This document shows, piece by piece, positions 58,523 through 64,000 of a DNA stretch of 64,000 nucleotides (its first letter is position 1; each line of letters begins with the position of its first letter). The DNA lies in assembly GCA_964016885.1 (NCBI GenBank), contig OZ024743.1, forward strand, positions 179,924,001 through 179,988,000, read 5' to 3'. The translations under genes and the position numbers were made by a program. Under the pieces are notes generated by a model that was not told the origin of the DNA, did no database searches, and worked only from the letters and a program-made list of their open reading frames with translations. The DNA comes from Eledone cirrhosa. Lineage: Eukaryota.

Positions 58523-58526
<4 letters not shown>
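58171..58526. mobile_element. ~355 bp palindrome with hammerheads at about 58214-58275 (-) and 58421-58482 (+)
   Basis: TTTTAT-CTGATGA-aagcgcacca..tggttgccctt-GAAAT ATAT ATA-ATAAAA; centre at about 58348. Confidence 0.82.
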
Positions 58527-58596
<70 letters not shown>

Positions 58597-58602
<6 letters not shown>

Positions 58603-59110
58603 TTGGAGCTCTGAAATAGCAATATATATATGGATGTATATATAATGTATTTTGCAATACACTTTATGCTTAATTAAAAGCATTTTGAAGACCGTAAGCT
58701 ATTGTTTTAAAGTAGTGACAAATTCACTCACTTTAATCTCAGCAAACAGGGGAGATAAGCCGACAAAACTTGTTTCGCTTTGGTTGAAGCTTATGAAGGC
58801 CAACTACCCCACCTGTTTACTGAGATCATTGATGTTATATTCTTATAGAAATCTAGTAAATAATCAGGAGCTGATTATGCAAAGCGGTTGTTGGTCAGGC
58901 AGAAATTAAAAATTAGAATTGGAGCTCTGAAATAGAAATATATATATGGATGTATATATAATGTATTTTGCAATACACTTTATGCTTAATTAAAAGCATT
59001 TTGAAGACCGTAAGCTATTGTTATAAAGTAGTGACAAATTCACTCACTTTGATCTCAGCAAACAGGGGAGATAAGCCGACAAGACTTGTTTCGCTTTGGT
59101 TGAAGCTTAT
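58597..59110 (-). mobile_element. Partial tandem (period ~316 bp) of the 26552 HHR family
   Basis: ttagaattggagctctgaaatag at 58597 and 58913; minus HHR 58758-58801 GGCC-TTCATAA-GCTT..AAGC-GAAAC aagtttt GTC-GGCT. Confidence 0.75.
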
Positions 59111-60306
59111 ATATATATAACAGAGTTTTGTAGCTTGTTTGCAGAATTGTTGAATAGGAAATGCAAATCTAAATAATTTTGAAAACCAAGCAATGCATTA
59201 GAAAAAAAATTAAATCGTTAAGATAACAAAAGAATCTTACCTTAGCAAATTTAATGATCCCAAATATTTTCGAATTTGAAAACCCATTATCATATTTTAT
59301 ATATGTATGTATATATATATATGTATGTGTGTGTTCATGTATGTGTGTGTAACTGTGCATTTATGTGTATATATTTTTCCTGTAAAACGGCTGACGGTGT
59401 TTCTTGCTTTACAGAAATGTTTTCTTCCGTTCCATCCACTTTTTAACTCTCTACCTTTTTATTTCATCTTTTATTTTTCATGCTATAATATCATCAAGGA
59501 CTACTGTCAAAAACGTAAAGAGTTTACATTATGCATATATGTATATATTGTTTATAGTTAAACAGCTAAAATATTCAATAACGGCCGCATATATATATAT
59601 ATATATATATAAATACATAATCGGAGAAAGCTAATAGCGATACTCCGGCAAAATTCCAACTCACTCAACAAACATTGGGAAATACCGGAGTATATTCCTA
59701 ATTAAACGTTCGGGGTGCTAACTAATTGTATTGTGTGGAAAATTGCTGTATCATTTCATATGAGATATATCAAATATATCTAATATATATATATATTTAT
59801 GAGGGCGTTATTGAATATGTTCGCTGTTTAACTATAAACAATATATACATATATGCAAAACGTAAACTCTGTGTGTGTCTGTGTGTATGTGTGTGTCTGT
59901 GTGTGTGTGTGTGTGTGTGTACGTGGGTATTTATAAAAAGGCATGTAATATTCATATAAATATAAGAAGTATATTTTTATTTTTACAATACATTTACAAA
60001 GCAAACGTAATATGAATAAATTATTTATTCCAAAATATGTTTCATCTACGTAAGAAAACTATTTGAAGCAGATGTTTCCATAATTGGCAATGATTTTCCT
60101 TCCAAAACAAAGTATTGGGAACACTGTAGAATGGATAGTTATGCCAAGTATAGCCCCAGTTTGTAATTCCTAAAATGCTATCTATTTTTCAATTTTTCTA
60201 TTTGAAATCTATCGATGTTGGATTGTTTTCGCTTTCCGTAGTTTCTATGTTGGTAGTTTTTCTATTGTATTGCAAATCATCTAAGAATTTATTTCTCCTG
60301 TGATGC

Positions 60307-60430
<124 letters not shown>

Positions 60431-60748
60431 TTGTCCAGGGAGGAAAACATACCGTCCAAATAACAATTTCGTAAAAAAAATATAATCACCCTTACTCACA
60501 CAAGAGAACAGGTACTAAAACACATTATATACACACGGACGCCGAAATAAATCCCCATGAGTATGCATATATGTATATGCGCAACAGTATAACTGTATAT
60601 ATATATATACATATATACAGAGAGAGAGAGAGTGAAATGTGTGTGAGTGTCTGAATGCAAATTTGTTTCGACATATCTGTTGCGTTTATGATATTATACA
60701 TACATAAGTATACAGATAAATTCATACATACACACATATATATTCACA

Positions 60749-60853
<105 letters not shown>

Positions 60854-61160
60854 ATGTATGTGTGTGTGTGTTTGTGTGTGTGTACATATATATAAGGATA
60901 TGTGTGAGTATGGGTGTTTATAGATGTATGTATATGTACATACACCTTGCCAGAATGTTCGATTGATAAGCTTTGATAAAGAATAGAAAGACGAAAAGCA
61001 ATGTGATATTTTTTCTCTTTTTCCATTTTGGCTAAAGAAAGAGAGAGACAATGTATTCACTGTTGAAGTTCTGCCAATATATATAAACAGTTACCATTGT
61101 GTTTCTCGTTCAAAGACATTAAATTCTTTCTTAAATACCTTCACAGTGTAAGAGCCAGAT

Positions 61161-61281
<121 letters not shown>

Positions 61282-61335
61282 TAGAGAGAGAGACAGACAG
61301 AGAGAGACAGAGAGAGAGATGGGGGGGGTTATGTA

Positions 61336-61435
61336 CTGTGTATCCCGCAAAAATGTATACACACTGTTCAGTATTCTCATAAATAATGCCTGTCCACGAA
61401 ATCAAAGTGTGTATAGATTTTGGGGGGACACCCCG
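61336..61435. mobile_element. Tc1/mariner-type MITE
   Basis: Imperfect ~30 bp TIRs (..aaaatgtatacacact / agtgtgtatagatttt..) flanked by TA. Confidence 0.6.
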
Positions 61436-61489
61436 TATATACATGTACATATAATACATTTATACACACACACATATATATATATATAC

Positions 61490-62610
61490 ATATGAAATAT
61501 AAGAATCAAAGAACTGTTCAAAACATTATTGTGCTTACAGCTGTTTCCTCCAAACCTTCAGCATAACTTAATTAAACTACTCTATAGTTAATACACTTTA
61601 TGCTTTAAAAATTTTCTTGGAGGATGCGCATCACCATAGAAATTAGGGTCTATATTGTGACACATTTTAATAGCTAGGTATAGAAACCCAAGAGTTACCT
61701 CCCCGCATGCATTAACTCCCCTTAGCCACACGCACACTTCCGGGTGGTATTCAATGGCGTTTATCGAAACGTAACAGCCTCCTGTATTGAACTAAAGAAC
61801 ACCAGACTACGATCTCTAACTGGATTGTCAAACGCTCAATATCGGATTGTCGTGGATTATGTGAGGGGCATATAATCGAAAAATACACTCCCCTGACCAT
61901 GAAAATGCCGAAGTACATGAAATACTTGACATCCCTTCGCTGTGCATCTCCAATACTTTTAACACTTTTAATGCTTACACTATTTTTTAATGCTTATAAC
62001 ATTTCTCCACACACAGACTATATCAATCATATAAAGAATTTGCCACCAGATCTACCAACCTAACACTCTTGTTTACCTACCTAAGTGCCTCTACCACACA
62101 TATCTCTCTGCCACACTATATAAACAAGACGCACATGCGTGCCACACATATAACATTTGCACTATATAACCGCTTATCTTCATGTTGTATTTTAACCTGT
62201 ATTTTTGATTTTTTATTGTACCTCTTAATATAAATGTAACCTCGAAGTGTGTACTGCCACTCTAAATTCTGTAATGAATGTTGACCCACAATGTATGAAT
62301 ATGTATCAATGTTTGAATATGTATCGGTATGTCTCTCGGCTGAAAAGGAGGTCATATAACTGTCCATGCATTAATAAATTGCTCCGAAGAATCCAAACCT
62401 CGGTTTGGAGGAAACAGCTGTAAGCACAATAATGTTTTGAACAGTTCTTTGATTCTTATATTTCATATAACTGCTCTGTAAATCATCTGATGTTTTTACA
62501 TTGAGCTACTTAACTTACTGGTAATAAGGTAGTAATACATTACTGCCTACCACTATTTAGGGTGTGTGTAAAATACTTATAACTGCATAAGGTTTTGTAT
62601 TTACATAACA
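61490..62610 (+). mobile_element. PLE 3' remnant with inverted pLTR arm and CCGAAGA hammerhead (62380-62426)
   Basis: 61491-61556 inverted versus 62402-62468; TGCT-CCGAAGA-atccaaacc tc ggtttggag-GAAAC AGCT GTA-AGCA. Confidence 0.72.
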
Positions 62611-62649
62611 ATAAATAGTATAACTAATACTATATATACATATATATAT

Positions 62650-62813
62650 AACGAAGGAAGTGTGGTAAAGAACCAGGTGGACCATAACGTACCAGAGTAC
62701 TTAGTACTCAATGCGTTATGGTCCACCTGGCTCCCTATACATATATATATACAGTCCAGAAATAGCCGTCGGAACGGCTTGAGCTCTGCCGTCGGGGGTC
62801 TTGAAGATTTTCC

Positions 62814-62844
<31 letters not shown>

Positions 62845-64000
62845 TCCAGCCCTTTTACAGTCGAGCACTCTTCAGTCAATAGGATTTTAAACCAATACTG
62901 AACATGGATAAATATCCTTTGGATTACTCTATCAAGAATATCCCAACACCTTCTAACACTTCCTACACGAAAATGCTGATAGACAAAGTAGAGAATGTTG
63001 TTAAAAGAATGAGATGGAAAGCTTTGATTCTCGATGGACTCTTTAACACGGACTCTACGGAACATTTTGATATCAAAACTCATAAATACCCGCAAAGAGT
63101 AAAAGATATGACCGCTTTTGAACTAGACTTAGTAAATCTAATCAGCAATATCAATTTTCGGAAGTACTCTAACCCTTTTCAATCTAAACTATCTAATGAT
63201 ATTTCAATATTCAAATCTTCTAAAAATAAGTTCATTTTCTCCGACAAAACTAAAAACTTATACGAAGCTAATAATAATTTACACGACCAACTCTTAATAG
63301 ATAACGTCACCTCTAAATACCAAATAGCTAATATAAACACGTATAATAATATAAATAAGGAAGCTAAAGAATTAGCTAGTTCTTTAAAAATAGATAATAG
63401 GACAGAAAAACTTCTAAACGTAATGCATATATCACCCTTAAAGATCACAAACCTGACTTTATTAATCGTCCTAGTTGTAGATTAATCAACCCTGCTAAGA
63501 CTGATATCGGCCTTGCCAGCAAAAACATTTAAAATAATATAAACACACAGATTAGAAGTAAGTCTGAATTAATCCAATGGATAAATAGCTCTTCCGCAGT
63601 ACATTGGTTTAATAATATTAAATATAAAAATAGTTCTAGATTCACCCAATTTGACATTGTAGATTTCTACCCGTCTATCAATCTGACTCTTTTAGCGAAA
63701 GCCTTATATTTCGCTAGAAAGTTTACCAATATCTCTGATATTGAAGAGAATGTCATCTTGCATGCTAGAAACACTCTACTCTTTACTGATAATGACACTT
63801 GGGTAAACATATCTAACCCAGAGAACCCATTCGATGTCTCAATGGGCTCTTTTGAAAGTGCTGATGTTTGTGATTTAGTCGGCCTATTCCTCCTACACAC
63901 ACTTAAAGAAAAATTCCCTAACCATATTTTTGGGCTTTATCACGACGATGGTCTAATACTTTCCCATACCACCATAGGCCATAACTTAGATAGATTAAGG
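62650..64000 (+). pseudogene. Second PLE family: pLTR pieces plus N-terminus and RT (runs off the window)
   Basis: [85 protein letters not shown]; frameshift near 63420 and a stop near 63530. Confidence 0.88.

Noticed and set aside
59380-59870. Inverted repeat (about 59510-59595 / 59795-59870) as another HHR element
   Set aside because: The inverted repeat is real but no complete catalytic core could be read

Overview
Eukaryotic, AT-rich, microsatellite-dense intergenic or intronic DNA. The SINE repertoire looks coleoid cephalopod (Octopus-like); this is an inference. No convincing host-gene exon was found, and almost all ORFs in the supplied track are translations of (TA)n, (CA)n or (GA)n tracts. 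The window is dominated by Penelope-like retroelements (PLEs). One RT + C-terminal GIY-YIG family has a near-complete copy at 7079-11482, a complex inverted and tandem locus at 42573-50007, and a pLTR-only fold-back at 20475-21050. A second PLE family starts at about 62650. The main hidden signal is at least 25 hammerhead-ribozyme (HHR) motifs read by eye, from more than 10 unrelated short sequence families. Most sit in non-coding fold-back or direct-repeat elements embedded in (TA)n tracts, consistent with non-autonomous PLE derivatives or retrozymes. They include recurrent non-canonical cores (UUGANAA, CCGANGA) and palindromic stem-III loops. Also present are an R4-like RLE non-LTR relic, RTE and Tx1 fragments, an RTE-derived 600 bp non-autonomous family with a conserved two-hairpin 5' structure, two non-autonomous Helitrons, tRNA-derived SINEs, a mariner relic and a MITE. 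Boundaries were set by eye and are approximate.
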